From assembly GCF_009914755.1 (NCBI RefSeq), contig NC_060937.1: a stretch of DNA of 64,000 bases, one strand, 5' to 3'. Each line of letters starts with the position of its first letter. Positions within the stretch are counted from its first letter, which is position 1. The position numbers were made by a program, and so were the translations under genes. The notes beneath the pieces were generated by a model. It made no database searches, was not told where the DNA came from, and saw only the letters and a list, made by a program, of their open reading frames with translations. Below are positions 28,901-43,598 of this stretch, piece after piece. The stretch is from the human T2T-CHM13v2.0 reference genome, Homo sapiens.

Positions 28901-29579
28901 AATTTGTTTTTCCAAGACTCATCTTACATACATGTTTCTACATAGACGTATGATTGTCCAGAAAATTTTGGTTAAGCAGCAGAGTTCAAGGAGTTCAGTT
29001 TGGTAAGTCACAGTCCTAACATCTTAAAAAAGTGCTCAAAGATGGAGGCAGGGTGTCTCTCAGCATTGTTTGATTAAAAGATGTGAGGGAGAATGTGCCA
29101 AGAGATAGGGCTGGGCCAACTGGTCCTCCGGCCATCATAAACATCCCATCAAAACCATCAGGGTTGGGGTGGTGGGCGTTAGTGATAAAATGATGAGTCA
29201 CAAAAGAATGTTGAACTGGTGAACGTGGGACAGAAGAACGCTGTGATTAGATGTATATTAATATATTGGAAGATCACTCAGCCAGGAGCATGAAGGAGGT
29301 ATTCAGGGAAAGACCAAAAGCAGGAAGGTTATTAAAATGACAATTGCAGTATTTAATGGAGATATGACAAGAACCTGGATTCAAGCACTGACAGCCAAGA
29401 ACACCACTGGATAAACAGGATGGAACAGATAAAGGCGCAATATAAGGAGTATACTTGTTAAAAATTGGTGATTAATTAGATATGAGAAGAAAGTGCTTAT
29501 GCTATTTTCTGCCTTGTTCTTAGAGGTTCATAAATATAAAAAGAAACACATATAAATATTTAAGATAATTATTAATTCA

Positions 29580-29770
29580 TTAAATGTGCATAACAACTAT
29601 ATAAGGTAGGTTCTAATACTCTCAACTTATACAGATGAATAAATAGGAGTACTGAAGGTTTAAATTACTTTTCCAAGTTCATGCAGTCAGTAAATGGTGG
29701 GCTCAGAATTACAAACCAAGGCAGTTGAACACCACTGCCTGTACATTTAGCCACTACATTCTACCTCCCC
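29580..29770 (-). mobile_element. MIR SINE
   Basis: cttatacagatgaataaataggag..aggtttaaattacttttccaagttcatgcagtcagtaaatggtgg. Confidence 0.7.
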
Positions 29771-32700
29771 TCAGACTCCCCTGATCACTTTCAGAGCTTC
29801 TAAGATGATGCTTGGATTCCAACTTAGGTGAGTGGGTGAAAAGAGCCACCACTAATCTAACGAGGGGAAGCTGGAGTTAATGGAATGACCACAAGGCCAA
29901 TTTAAAGGGCTGAAATTTGAAGTACTTGTGACACACCAAAGTTGAGGCATTTAGCAGGAACTTACAGAACAGAACAAGGCACCAGTTATAAACTTCAAGC
30001 CTCTTGGTAAAACCATGGTATATTGAGATATAGACATGGAAGAGATGTTCTAGAAAAGGTAAGCTCCAGTCTTTTGACTTGCTAATTGTATGACATATAT
30101 ACACTTCTCTAGGGGGTCTTTTAAAGATGTGCCTAAAAAATAAACAGACATTGACTGGCAGTAAGAAAATATGGCCATTTTCATCCTTTAAAATAAATCT
30201 GAAAACTATGCAATTCAGGAGAAAAACACCCCATCAAAAGCCTTTCCTTTGGAATTATTTCCTTAGTTTCTCCCATGCTAACACACAAAAAACAAAACCA
30301 AACAAAAAAGACAAAAAACTTAACCAACAAAATCATCTTCTTTTGACCTATTCCACTGTTAATCAGTGAAACCCTCAACTTCAAACGGACTTCTTCCAAA
30401 TCTTTGACTCATTTTCTTACTTCCTCACATCAACTCCTTAGTTGCAGAGAATGAGGTCAAGGGACCGAAATAATATTAAATAGTTAATCATGATGAACCT
30501 AGAATGGGTAATAAAAAGCAAATCTTGAGATAATCAGGAATTATTCCTATAATCCCTCCATTATTACTATTGAACGAATAGGGCTCCTTTGAGTAAAGAA
30601 TGTTGGTTTATGGACATTCACTAAGTACTATATCCCAGGCCCTGTGAAAAGGATCTACGACAGGACAAACTCACTCATTGCATTGTTATCGATTGCAGGA
30701 TTTCCTCTTATAACAAAAGCATAAGGTGACCTTAATAATCTTATGATCTCCAATGCTCCTTTTGGCTGTGAATATCTCTGAATTTATATTAATAAATTGT
30801 CTCAACAGGAGCCATTATATCTTTTAAAAAATTATTTTTATTTTTCAAACTCACAGCTCAGAAAATATCTTTCACGCATGTTGATCAGACTGGGGCAGTA
30901 TTCAACTCATCACTGGTGGTATCATTAAGAATGGTATTTCCTATCAACATTTATAAAAAAGAATTTATGTGACTAGAAATAAGCTAAGGAAGTCTAAAAT
31001 GTGGAGAAATGGAAAATATTATTGCACACTGAATTTTAACATATATAGAAAAAGTTAAAGTGGGTGAAGCAAATCTAGAAGACCTTTATCAAAAAAGGAT
31101 AGCAAATGTTTTTATTTTTGTGGGTAAAATAGTCATTTTACTTTTTCCCATCAATATTAAACATCCTAATGATGGGCCTTTAAATTTGAAAAGTGGAGTT
31201 TCCAAGATAAATTAATGAGCTGAAGAGAACAGGCTGGCTAAAGGAACAGAACAGAAGCAATTTTATTTTTCCGAATATTGAGAAAAAATATGAGAACATC
31301 GCAAGAGATTGATATTGAGTATTAATCATTTCCCTGTAGTTTGTGCAATTTTCCCTGCTAGAAGAACATCCTGATCTCCACTGGAAACATAAAATTTGCT
31401 TTGTGAGTTGAAGAAAAAGCTAAGCTTAACAAGTTTGTTCCAGGTGTTTAAACACTGATTTCAGGAATAATTAGTGAGATGACTTTCTGAGGATTAAGAT
31501 ATTTGCCATTTTTTTCTACGAAAAGGCAGCCTATTTTCAGATCTCTACATGGTAAAAAGTTGCACTCAACTTGAACTGAACTTTGGTTTCCACCAACTTC
31601 CATGGGTTGTTCCTGGCCCTGCGTCTAGAACTACACAGATTCTGCCTGCAATGTCTTTCATAACACATCCTTTCAAGTGTTTAAAAAGCTCCAGGTCCTC
31701 CTAAATGGCATCTTATCAAAAATAATCATTTCAAATGTGGCATCATTTTGAGATGCTGTACCTGTTAACACTTTTTCAATCACAATTCTATCCATATCCT
31801 TGTTTAAAATAAGAATTCCAAAACCTAAAAAAACGGTATATATTTCATTTCTGTCACATCAGAGCAATTAAGGTAGAGTGAGATTTTTCCTCTCTTCTCT
31901 ATTAATGGAGCCTTAACCCCTTAGTTTCTGGTTTGTTTTTCATACCCATACCACCCACCCTATTAGCTTATCATGGATACAGAGTGTTTGCTAAACTAGG
32001 ACTCCTTGTCTTGTATTTGCGAAGATTTTACTTAAACTCAGGCGAGATCTCTGTATTTTTCCAGGGATAACAGTTATTTCCATTGGCTGGTCATGTGAAT
32101 CCAACCTTCTTTTGTATATGCTCTGTAATTCCTTATCACCTTCAAGTTGCTATTTTTCCTCTTCAACAACATTTTCTAGGATAAACTTTAAACAGCTCTA
32201 TGCTCACCTACATGTAACGTGGATAAATCTACATACATATCTATCTCTTATTCAAAAGACTGGTTAATATACCTTGTCAGATGCCTCATTACAAACCATA
32301 AAGAAGTCTTAGAACATAAATAATCCATGGCATCAGACAGCATATGCTAATTTTAGATTCTCGTGATGACTTATTATTAAGTAAATACCAACCAATCATT
32401 CAGTGCTAGAAATTAACTATGAGTCATCATTACACTACCTGTTCTCTAACTCCTTTTGTTCTCCCTTTTGAATTAAAAAAATACTCCATTTGTGATTTTC
32501 TGGTACCTCCACCCTAATCCCTGGTTTGTGAATGAACACCAAGGATGACTGAAGACCAGCCTAAGAAGGGAGTTCTTCCAGCAGCTTCCTGGATGTGCTC
32601 CTCTGGTCCTGGGAACCTCAGATTTTGATGGGCTCAGTACATACTTTCTCTCTCCTCACACAGTTTATGCTTCAAATTTCATAACCATCCTTTGTCCACT

Positions 32701-33814
32701 CTTTCAAGTCCACAATTCTGTAAGGAAGGAGACAGGCAAAGTGGAGGCTGAGTTGCTTTACCATTCATAAATTACCTCCTTTCAAAATGATCCCCAATAC
32801 GATGTCATTTCTGCTCCAACAGTAACATTTGCTCCACCAGATTCCATAGAGTCAAGGGTGTTCCTGTTCCCTTGGAAGTCTGCACACCTTTGAATGCCAC
32901 AGACCACACCTGGATATACCCAGAGCTTTTATTTTTTGAGATCCACCACAGACTTCACTTTCTCTTTTGAACTAATATAAAGCTTAGCTGTTTGTTTGCA
33001 GAACGCTTATCTTTTCATGAATGAAGTTTTCTGACTTTATTAATAGACCATTGGAGTATTGACAAGCAAGGACCAGTTAAGAGACCACTACTGGACTGTG
33101 ACCTTCCAGATTTTCAGTAGCAGGATTCAAGTCTCTATCTCCACAAAATTGCAAATGCTTCCGTGCTATAGAACTTCTGATTAGTGTGAAAACAGTTCCA
33201 TTAAAAAACATTGTATCTATAATTCCTCAGTGTCTGTTGAATAGTTCTAACAGCTCCACTCAGATTTGAAGACACTTCACCAATCTTGCTTCATTTCAGG
33301 CTTTCATCTTCAAATCACTATTTTAAAATTATTGAGAAAATTCAACTGCACTGTTCAATTTCAATCTTACATGACTGTTGTTTATTTTTGGAGATTGAGG
33401 GAATGATTATTTGATCTGCCTCTGAGTTTATTTCTGATGTTGCCACCTCAAATTTTTTTTCTCTATTTTTTTCTCATATAGCGCTTTTTAAAAACACAAA
33501 TCTGATCAACTTCCTCTGCTTAAAGTCTTCCAATGACTCCTAATTACTCACTTACCCCCAATCAGACTGTGAGGGATGAAATGAAAGCCTGCCTGTTTTC
33601 ACAGCCCAGAGCAGACTCTAGTACCTGTACTACAGTCGACCTGCAATAAACATTTCTCAAACAGAAGGAATGCACAACAACTAAATTATGAAAACATTCC
33701 ATTGTGCTTGTCCCTGGTCTTATGTTTATCCTTCCTTCTTTGCCCAACTTTTTGTTTTAAATTGTAACTTATCCAAGAGACTGTTTGAATACACCTGCCT
33801 TTATTTTCTCTAGG

Positions 33815-34067
33815 AATCCAGGACTTTGGGAGGCTGAGGCAGAAGGATCGCTTGACCCCAGGAGTTGATCAGCCTGAGCAACATAGCAAGACCCTATCCC
33901 TATGAATAATTGAAAAATTAGCCGGCATGGTGATGTGTGCCTGTAGTCCCAGCTATTCAGGAGGCTGAGGCAGGAGGATCCCTTGAGTCCAAGAATTCGA
34001 GGTTACAGTGGGCTATGAATGTGCCACTGCACTCCAGCCTAGGCAACAGACAAATGAAAACAAAAAA
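33815..34067 (+). mobile_element. AluJo-like SINE, 5'-truncated
   Basis: ggatcgcttgacccc and ggaggatcccttgagtcc. TSD tattttctctag on both sides. Confidence 0.9.
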
Positions 34068-35512
34068 TATTTTCTCTAGAAATTTTTTCACCAGTAGGAA
34101 ATAAAAAAGTGGCTTTAGAGTGTTTTCATTTGTATTATTGTCCTAACACTTTGACAGTATTTTTCAGTCCTTCCTATTATTTTTCTGAATCATGGTATCT
34201 CATACTTCTAATCAAAGACGTATTTCAAAAGGCCTATCATTTTAAAATATTTTGCTTTATATCCATGAAAATCCTTTTAGAACTTATTTTAATATTTCTT
34301 TCCTCTAGATTTAATACGCTTACCTAAACTCACCAGAGACAACCTCAATTTGCATTTCTGAGATCTGTTTTAAGATACTTGACCTTGTACTTAACTTTCT
34401 GGTTAACAGATTAAAGTACTACATTTCTGGGAGTGGGGGGAAGAACAGTATCTAGGGCACTTGTGCACATTCACATGCAAAATTCTAGAAGAAAATCCCT
34501 AAATTCCAAGAAAGTATCCATCTGCTAGATAATATCATTGCATAGAGGAGTAACTGTGGGTTAATCAAAACATTCTATTTCTTCACCATGCATTGACTCA
34601 TAGAATGTTGCGTATCAGTTGTGTTTGTGTGCCTGTGTGTGTGCACAGTAGATATACTTGTAAACTCATGAAACAGTGGCCAAACTTTTCCGAAATATTT
34701 CTAACTTTTCAATAGTTTTTATTACTTGTAAAGAAATTATAATTCATTACAAAAGAGCTGAAGTTATATTGATTGATATGTGACAGTTATGCCAAAGTAT
34801 CTACTAACCAATAACTCAAGGTATATTATTCAATGCCATGTAGATCATTTCTACACTATGATATTAACAAAACCTGGATGAGTCAATTTGTTCACTTTAG
34901 CCTTCTGAAATGATTTATGTCTATTGCCACAAATTTGATTTACTGAAGAAACTGAATCAATTGTAAAGATGACTATTGCAATCCACTCCCTCCTGCCAAA
35001 GGCAGTCTATTCAATCAAGAGCTATCTTGAAATCATCAGTGGCTTCTCTAAAAATATGGAAGTACTCAGTTAACATATGATTTATTTTTCACGTCCTAAT
35101 ATTATTAGGACACAACCATTTACTGTATTTTTGAGAAGCATAGTGTGCATATTATAAGACAAAATGGCATAATCCAATATCATATGCATAAAAAATAAAA
35201 TTAAAATAATACAAATAATATAAAATCATATAATGGCCTGAAATCAGAATGCATGATGATGATGAGCTAATTTTTCCAAGTATTTATTTTTTCCAAATTC
35301 TTTCACATCTATTTTAAAGTTAACACTCAAGACAATCTTATGAGACATTTTATAACCCCTTTTTGACTAAAGACAAATAATTCATGGAATATAATGGCTT
35401 GCCCAAAATTAGTATGTTTCAGAGCTGAGGAAAAGCAAATGGAAGACTTGATTTTTACATTGACTTCCAATATTTTATTATACAGTCACTTATCTTTTTA
35501 AGAATATAATCT

Positions 35513-35798
35513 GGCTGGGTGCAGTGGCTCACGCCTGTAATCCCAGCATGTTGGGAGGCTGAGGCGGGTAGATCACTTGAGGTCAGGAGTTCAAGACCAG
35601 GCTGGCCAATATGGCAAAACCTTATTATCTCTACTAAAAATGCAAAAATGAGCTCAGCATGATGGCATGCACCTGTAATCTCAGTTACTGGGGGCGCTGA
35701 GGTAGGAGGATTGCTTGAACCTGGTAGGCGGAAGTTGTAGTGAAGCAAGAGTGTGCCACTGCATTCCAGCCTGGGCATGAGAGAGAAACTGTGTCTCA

Positions 35799-35799
<1 letters not shown>
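35513..35799 (+). mobile_element. AluS SINE
   Basis: Full Alu body ending gagaaactgtgtctc, with the tail converted to microsatellite. Confidence 0.92.
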
Positions 35800-35869
<70 letters not shown>

Positions 35870-35978
35870 TATATACATATATCACACATATATACAACAC
35901 ACATATATACATATATATACACACATATATACAACACACATATACATATATACATATATATGTATATGTGTGTGTGTG
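35800..35978. repeat. Compound (CA)n(TA)n(CA)n..(TG)n microsatellite
   Basis: Directly visible alternating purine-pyrimidine tract. Confidence 0.95.
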
Positions 35979-36740
35979 TAATCCTACTTTTCATCAAATC
36001 GTTTCATTAGCCTCGAGTCATCCAAAAAGGAAAATATACAAATTTCCAAACAATTTTTTAAAAAAAATCTGTGGTAGTGAAAACAATTTTGAAGGCAGAA
36101 ATGCTAGGAGGCAGGAATCAAGAGGCTGGGATTGGAGTCCCACCTAAATAATATAAAATCTGGAAAAATTAGCATCAGTCACATCTTAGTGCACCTGAAG
36201 CAAAGTTTAATGGAGATGAGACCTGCTTACACTTCCTTCCATTCTCCTTCTGATAAATGAGAATGTTGAAGCATAGCTGGTTTGAACAGAGCTTCTCGGG
36301 CATTCCTGGTGCGTGAAAATCTGGCCAGTCACAGGTATTAGAGCGATGCCATGTAAATTACCAACTTTATTAACGATTGACCTTTCCTCCATGCAAGACA
36401 TTGTAATAAGTGAATTATATGCATCACTTTAATTAATTCTTAGACCAATTCTCCATTTTCCCCATTTTATAGCAATGAAAACTGAGACTGGGTTAAGGAA
36501 CTGGCCTATTCATAGCCAGTAGATTAGTCCAGATTTGGACTCAGCTTCCTTATGGAAGATCACACTGAGAGGATTGAGTAATATAATGGGCGTTGTATTA
36601 CTTTTCATATTAAAATGAGTGTTGAAGGTTTGTGAATTGTCTACAGAATACTTTAAGTGGGCTTTAGACCCTGCAGGGACAGAATATAAGAAACCAGCAA
36701 GCAAAGAATGTGGCTCTTCAGCATGGTGCCCAGGGATAGT

Positions 36741-36965
36741 GTCTCCACTGGGCCTTGAGGGTGATCTTAATTAGAGGATTCCCTCACATGATCCAGCCAG
36801 GCTAGCCAGATCCTGGTCTCCACTGGGCCTTGAGGGTGATCTTAATTAGAGGATTCCCTCACATGATCCAGCCAGGCTAGCCAGATCCTGGTCTCCACTG
36901 GGCCTTGAGGGTGATCTTAATTAGAGGATTCCCTCACATGATCCAGCCAGGCTAGCCAGATCCTG
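36741..36965. repeat. Perfect tandem triplication, 3 x 75 bp
   Basis: Unit gtctccactgggccttgagggtgatcttaattagaggattccctcacatgatccagccaggctagccagatcctg at 36741, 36816 and 36891. No mismatches seen. Confidence 0.97.
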
Positions 36966-37877
36966 TCACAAGAACGCCTAACCCCAAAATCACACATTGA
37001 AGGTTTCTGTCATCAACAAAGGTCAGAACAGAGAACTGGGACTTTCACTAAATTTTTAGATGTTATGACTTTCTTTAGGTCTAGTTGCTAATTTTAAAAA
37101 GTTATAGTTCTTCTTGCCTGCAACTTTGCTATCAGGCAAGGAGAATTATAGCTTTTACCTGCCTCTAAATACCAGCAGCCACCAAGACCTACAGAAAGGG
37201 GAGCCTGGCACCTAGCTTAGTCCATTGGCTATAGCTAGCCTGGCCTCTTGTCCTCACTCAGATGGGCCTTGGCCTGCTGACTTGTAAGAGGGAAGGTGTT
37301 GGGTGCTGCATTCTTCCACCTTGCAGCTCTGTTGAACTACATTCATTTCAAGAGAGATCATTTTATAAAACCAATTCAGTATGAATGAGGTTCCTGTGGC
37401 CAAACCATTCTATAATGGGCGATATTCTAATAGACTGTCATTCACATTATTTTAATACATTCTTTTCTATTATCAGGCTTTTGGTATAATTACCACTTAA
37501 TCAAATGTCACTGAGTGTCCTAGATATGGTAATTTATCTGGCTTGTGAATAATTTCAGCTTGATGAAACATGATAGCAATACTTTTAAAACTTTTTACTG
37601 ACTTGAGCTACTGGACCTCAAGTGCATCTTACTGAGTGATCATTTCCGCTTTTCTTCTCTTTACCTATTTGTGGTTGCAATACCAGCATTCAAATGGCTA
37701 ATGGTTTGCTCTTCTGTACTTGCTAATTAGCCTGAACAGCCATCAGATATTAAAGGTATCCTGGTGACTGATTATGGGTGACTCTATAAACCTTTGTCCT
37801 TGCCATCCCTCTTTATAGAGTGGTACTCCAGCCACCGAAACCCTAGTTATCCTTCAGATCTCAGCTTAAAAGTGCTT

Positions 37878-38176
37878 TCCTTTTTCCTTTTTTTTTTAAG
37901 ACGGGATATCACTGTGTCACCCAGGCTGGAGTTCGGTGGCAGGATCACAACTCACCACAGCCTCAACCTCCAAGGCTCAGGTGATCCTCCCACCTCTGCC
38001 TCCCGAGTAGCTGGGCCTACAGGCATGTGCCACCATGCTAGACTAATTTTTGTAAAGATGGGTCTCACTATGTTGCCCAGTGCCCAGGCTGATCCTGAGC
38101 TCCTGAGCTCAAGGGATCTACCCACCTCGACCTCCCAAAGTGCTGGGATTACAGCTGTGAGCCACAGTGCCTGGCT
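37878..38176 (-). mobile_element. AluJ SINE
   Basis: J-type cagcctcaacctcc..ggctcaggtgatcctcccacc and gggtctcactatgttgccc. Confidence 0.9.
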
Positions 38177-38232
38177 ACTTTTCTTTTTCCTAAACACCCT
38201 TTGACTTCTTCCAACTTTTCATCTCCTGCAAT

Positions 38233-38264
<32 letters not shown>

Positions 38265-38899
38265 TTTTGTTTGGCTCTCACTATTCTGTAATTTTCCTTT
38301 CCAGACTCATCACACTCACATCCTCTGTGCTTAGTGTATTGTAGGTGCTTAAAACAAACTTTTCTTGTACTTTGTTCAAATTATTTTTTAAAACAATTTC
38401 TAATTTATCACAACTTAAACTCCAAAGTGCAACTAGTATGAGAAGTCCTCCCATAAAGCATTTTCCTTCTGTTAAATAAAGACACTTTAAGAAATGGCCT
38501 TGACAAACCTTTGGTTTCTCTGCTCTCCTCTCTCTCTTCTATTGAGATACAGTGTTTTGAAGAAACAGAATGAATTTCTAAATGAATAGTACAATGCCTC
38601 AATCAATCCTTTTATCCATGTCCTGGAAAAACAATTTTCTAATCTCATTTTTTAAAGGAAGAAATAGAAGAATAACCTTGCAATCCATATGCTAAGCCTC
38701 TAGGTTCACAGCAGGAAATCAGGGTGACAGCACTTAGGGTCTCCAGGCTCAACCACAGAGTGGTGGCCAACGCTATCAAAAATTTACCCCTTTTGCAGAA
38801 TCTTGAACCATCACAACTCCAATGCAAACCAGAAAGGGTTTCAGGAAAAACACTAACCCAATAGGTCTACCAAAAATGTTGTAACTAGGTTTTAAATTA

Positions 38900-39063
38900 G
38901 AGGTACAGTGTTTCACCAGTGTGACACTGTAACATCTTAGATTATATCATGAGGAAGAGCTTCTCAATGAGTTATCAAAATGAGGTACAGTGTTTCACCA
39001 GTGTGACACTGCAACATCTTAGATTATATCATGAGGAAGAGCATCTCAATGGGATCAAGAAAT
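38900..39063. repeat. Tandem duplication, 2 x ~82 bp
   Basis: gaggtacagtgtttcaccagtgtgacactg(t/c)aacatcttagattatatcatgaggaagagc(t/a)tctcaatg at 38900 and 38982. Confidence 0.93.
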
Positions 39064-39438
39064 GTGCAACATTCAAGAACAAACGTGTACCATAAATATA
39101 AAATAACTATAATTCCTTAACACATTGCTTTAAACATAAAATTTTTAGGAACTGAAAATATGCCTTCTGGAATTTAGAAGAGCTCAAAGAATGAAGGCAT
39201 AATGAGCAGTAAAGTTTGATTTAATAACAAAGATTAAAATCTCAATGTAAGAATTTTCTAGAAATTCATATAGCAATTTAATAACAAATGGTGTGAAAGG
39301 AGCACTCTACCTAAGTCATGGCAATCTGATCTCAACTATCCAGGGAGCACCATGTTCTGACACAGATAAGTGTTTTCCAACAAGCCTCATTTTCACTGTC
39401 CAGTAGCTTCACTCCTGGGAATACCTGGCTTCACTCTC

Positions 39439-39806
39439 TTTTTTTTTTTAAATTTTATTATTATTATACTTTAAGTTTTAGGGTACATGTGCACAACGTG
39501 CAGGTTTGTTACATATGTATACATGTGCCATGTTGGTGTGCTGCACCCAGTAACTCGTCATTTAACATTAGGTATATCTCCTAATGCTATCCCTCCCCCC
39601 TCCCCCCACGCCACAACAATCCCTGATGTGTGTGTGATGTTCCCCTTCCTGTGTCCAAGTGTTCTCACTGTTCAATTCCCACCTATGAGTGAGAACATGC
39701 GGTGTTTGGCTTTTGTCCTTGCAATAGTTTGCTGAGAATGATGGTTTCTAGCTTCATCCATGTCCCTACAAAAGACATGAACTCATCATTTTTTATGGCT
39801 GCATAG
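39439..39806 (-). mobile_element. L1PA4-like 3' end fragment
   Basis: ttatactttaagttttagggtacatgtgcac...actcgtcatttaacattagg...ttttatggctgcatag. Confidence 0.94.
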
Positions 39807-41445
39807 CTACTTTTCCAGAGAAAGAAATTGTCCTTACAGATTTTATTGCCTAACTTTACCTTTTAAAACTTTAGACGATTTCTGTCCTCCCTGCTTTCAT
39901 TTCAGGTCATAGGATTTGGGGAAGTGAGGTGTGGGAATGAAACACTCGATTTTTGCTTCAGAGTTGCCTTTGGTTCTGGAGAACTCAGGAGGGATTGTTT
40001 AGGGAAAATCATGCAGATCTCCCTGCCCAGGATGGACCCTAGGCTCAGGCCTCCTAGAGAAGGCTGCACTGAATAGCTACACGAGGCACTTCAGGGCTGT
40101 AGCCTTTGTTAAAACCACAGTCTGACTGGAACACTTGTGGTATAAATTGAGGTGGCTGGCTGCTCCCAGAAGTGAGAGGAGCTGATGTGTTTATTTTGGC
40201 TCTAATGATGAGGAATTTGAAACGTTGTCTACTTGATGTCCAAAGAGAAAAGATGCTGAGAAATATATGAGCACATTGTCTCCATTATACGTAATATTCA
40301 ATATTTGTCAATATCACCATAACGGAATATTTAAATTTCGATCTGTATTCCTGGTCTTATTATGAAATTGTGGGGAATCACACTCTGAATCAAACTAATT
40401 CTCATTTGGTTCTCAATTTGGGTAAAAAACACATCTTGGTAGCTATTAGAGTAGTTTATATTTATAACCCAATATTAGTAAACACAACATAAGGGACACT
40501 GGATATTTTGGGGTTTCACCCTCTTCCTAAACTGATGTTTCAAATACAGAATTATCACATAAGGTCTTTTTCACAGACTCTAGTCCTGTGCATTTTTGCA
40601 AGCCGCGGGGCTGTGTCACCATAGTTACAGAGGGATATTGGAATAAATGTGCTTCCAGGAATAATTGTTTCATATTTGTGTACAAACAGCTGAACTGCAT
40701 ATTTCCATTCCAAGTGCGATCAGTCTAAATTCAAACCCTGTCATGAGGAACATCATAGAATGCTCAAACAAGAATAAAAATGAAGGTTTATGCTAACAAA
40801 ATTCTTTCAAATACATGAAAATGTTTCTATTATCTTATCTTCTTGTGCCATAGCCTTTTTCTATGTCTGCATTTATCTTTTCTCTACTTATGAATGACTT
40901 TTTAAAATAGTTGACTATAACCTGTTTCATGAATTACAGGAATGCAAGATGGCCCAGAACATTAATAAAATAGGTAATAATTGCAGTGAATATAGATTAG
41001 GATGGTAAAAGAAGATTAAGAAATACTATTAGTAACAGTTTTAAATATTCACTTTTTCTAAAATTGTTTATAGAACAATAGTAAATACATATTTGGAAAC
41101 TTCAACTTTATAATATTGAATGAAAATGACTGCTTTATAAAACTTTTTTTAGCAGTTAGAGAAATTTCATATTTAACTTTTTTTCTGGTATGGTATCATT
41201 CTCAGTAATGTAATATTTTGAAGACTGTAGTGCAATCGTTCAATTGCTTGTCAAGACGGAGGATCAATTTGTTAATAAATAATAGAAATGTTTTAAGAGA
41301 TAAAGGCAATGTTCTCATAGCACTGTAATGTTTACCATGTTCTTATGATCCTATACTTTCCTCAGAGGTCATGAGCCATAGAGGACACCCAGTCTCACCG
41401 CTGTGTTTCACAACTGGAGAAACAGAGGTCCACAAAAATTAAGTA

Positions 41446-41524
41446 TTAGGTTGACGTAAAAGGAATTGTGGTTTTTACCATAAAAGTGATGGCCAAAACC
41501 GCAATTACTTTTGCACCAATCTAA
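41446..41524. mobile_element. MADE1 (Hsmar1-derived MITE) inserted in a MIR
   Basis: TA-ttaggttgacgtaaaaggaattgtggttttt...aaaaccgcaattacttttgcaccaatctaa-TA, a ~80-bp palindromic element. Confidence 0.9.
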
Positions 41525-42623
41525 TACCTTGTAGACGTTTACATGGTTAACTAGTAGCTGAGCCAGCATTAGAATTTTGTTCTCCTGACAGTCATTCTAA
41601 TCTGTTTTCTCTATACTTTATCACGAAATAACAATAGGATTTAGATAATTGTTCATTAGAACATGAAGCAATTTTTATATAATAGATATAATTTTCTTTC
41701 AAATAAATTAGAGAAAAATATTATGCATATTTGTAAAGACTCAGAAGGGATCGGACATTTAGAAAAGAGAATCAAAATGTTTATAAATGTTTTCATAAGA
41801 CATTATAATTTTATATATCCTAAAATATTAATTATTAGATGCTGAAGAGGACATATTTCAAAGGACATCAAAATAGTCAATGAAAAACCAAGAGCAAAAT
41901 TCACTCAGCATCCTATGTATACTGTCTATTTTTGAAAATAGATTCATAAAATATGTTCTTTAGAAATAATTGCCAGTAAATTTAAATTATATTTCAGTAA
42001 AAGAACAATTCCTGGATATGGACATTAAGGTTTAGTTTCTGATATTAGGTCTTTGCAAACAAACCCATTTTGTTTATAAAACAATTAGCTTTTGAATGCA
42101 TAGATTTTGTTAAAGTAGCAATAAAGACCCCACTTTCAAAAACATTCATTTATGAGTCCCATAACAACATAGGAATGACCCTTCTCACCCCACTCAAATC
42201 ACCCAGCTTGCAGAAGGGGACAGAAACACATTCAGCAGTGTGCCACCTGGCATACAAATAGAGAATTTAAGCATGGAAGGGAATTACATCAACACTGCTT
42301 AAACGGTGAGAAAAAAAATCTGCAAAGGAGCAGCAGGAGTAGAAAAATACAACTAGAGGGTGTCCTTTTCACTTACTGTGATAGTTCACAGAGCTACAGC
42401 CGGAGCAAAGCCCTTTCCAGTACTGGAGGCGGCCCTGGGTCAGTGGAATACAGACCCAGTCTCTACGCATGGCCCCTCAGGAGCAGCTGTGGGGCCAACA
42501 TATTTCTATAGAAACAACTGCTCAAACTGAATTCCAATCTGCTTTCAAAAATGATTTAAAAACAATATTAATGGGATTCTATTTCTGATAAACAATTTAA
42601 ATAAAAAAGTAAATTTAAGAATG

Positions 42624-43598
<975 letters not shown>

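Noticed and set aside
35455-36147. Longest ORFs (180 aa, 135 aa)
   Set aside because: They are read-through of a (CA)/(TA) microsatellite and an Alu.
36741-36965. CRISPR-like array
   Set aside because: The units are fully identical with no unique spacers, the context is eukaryotic, and there are no cas genes.
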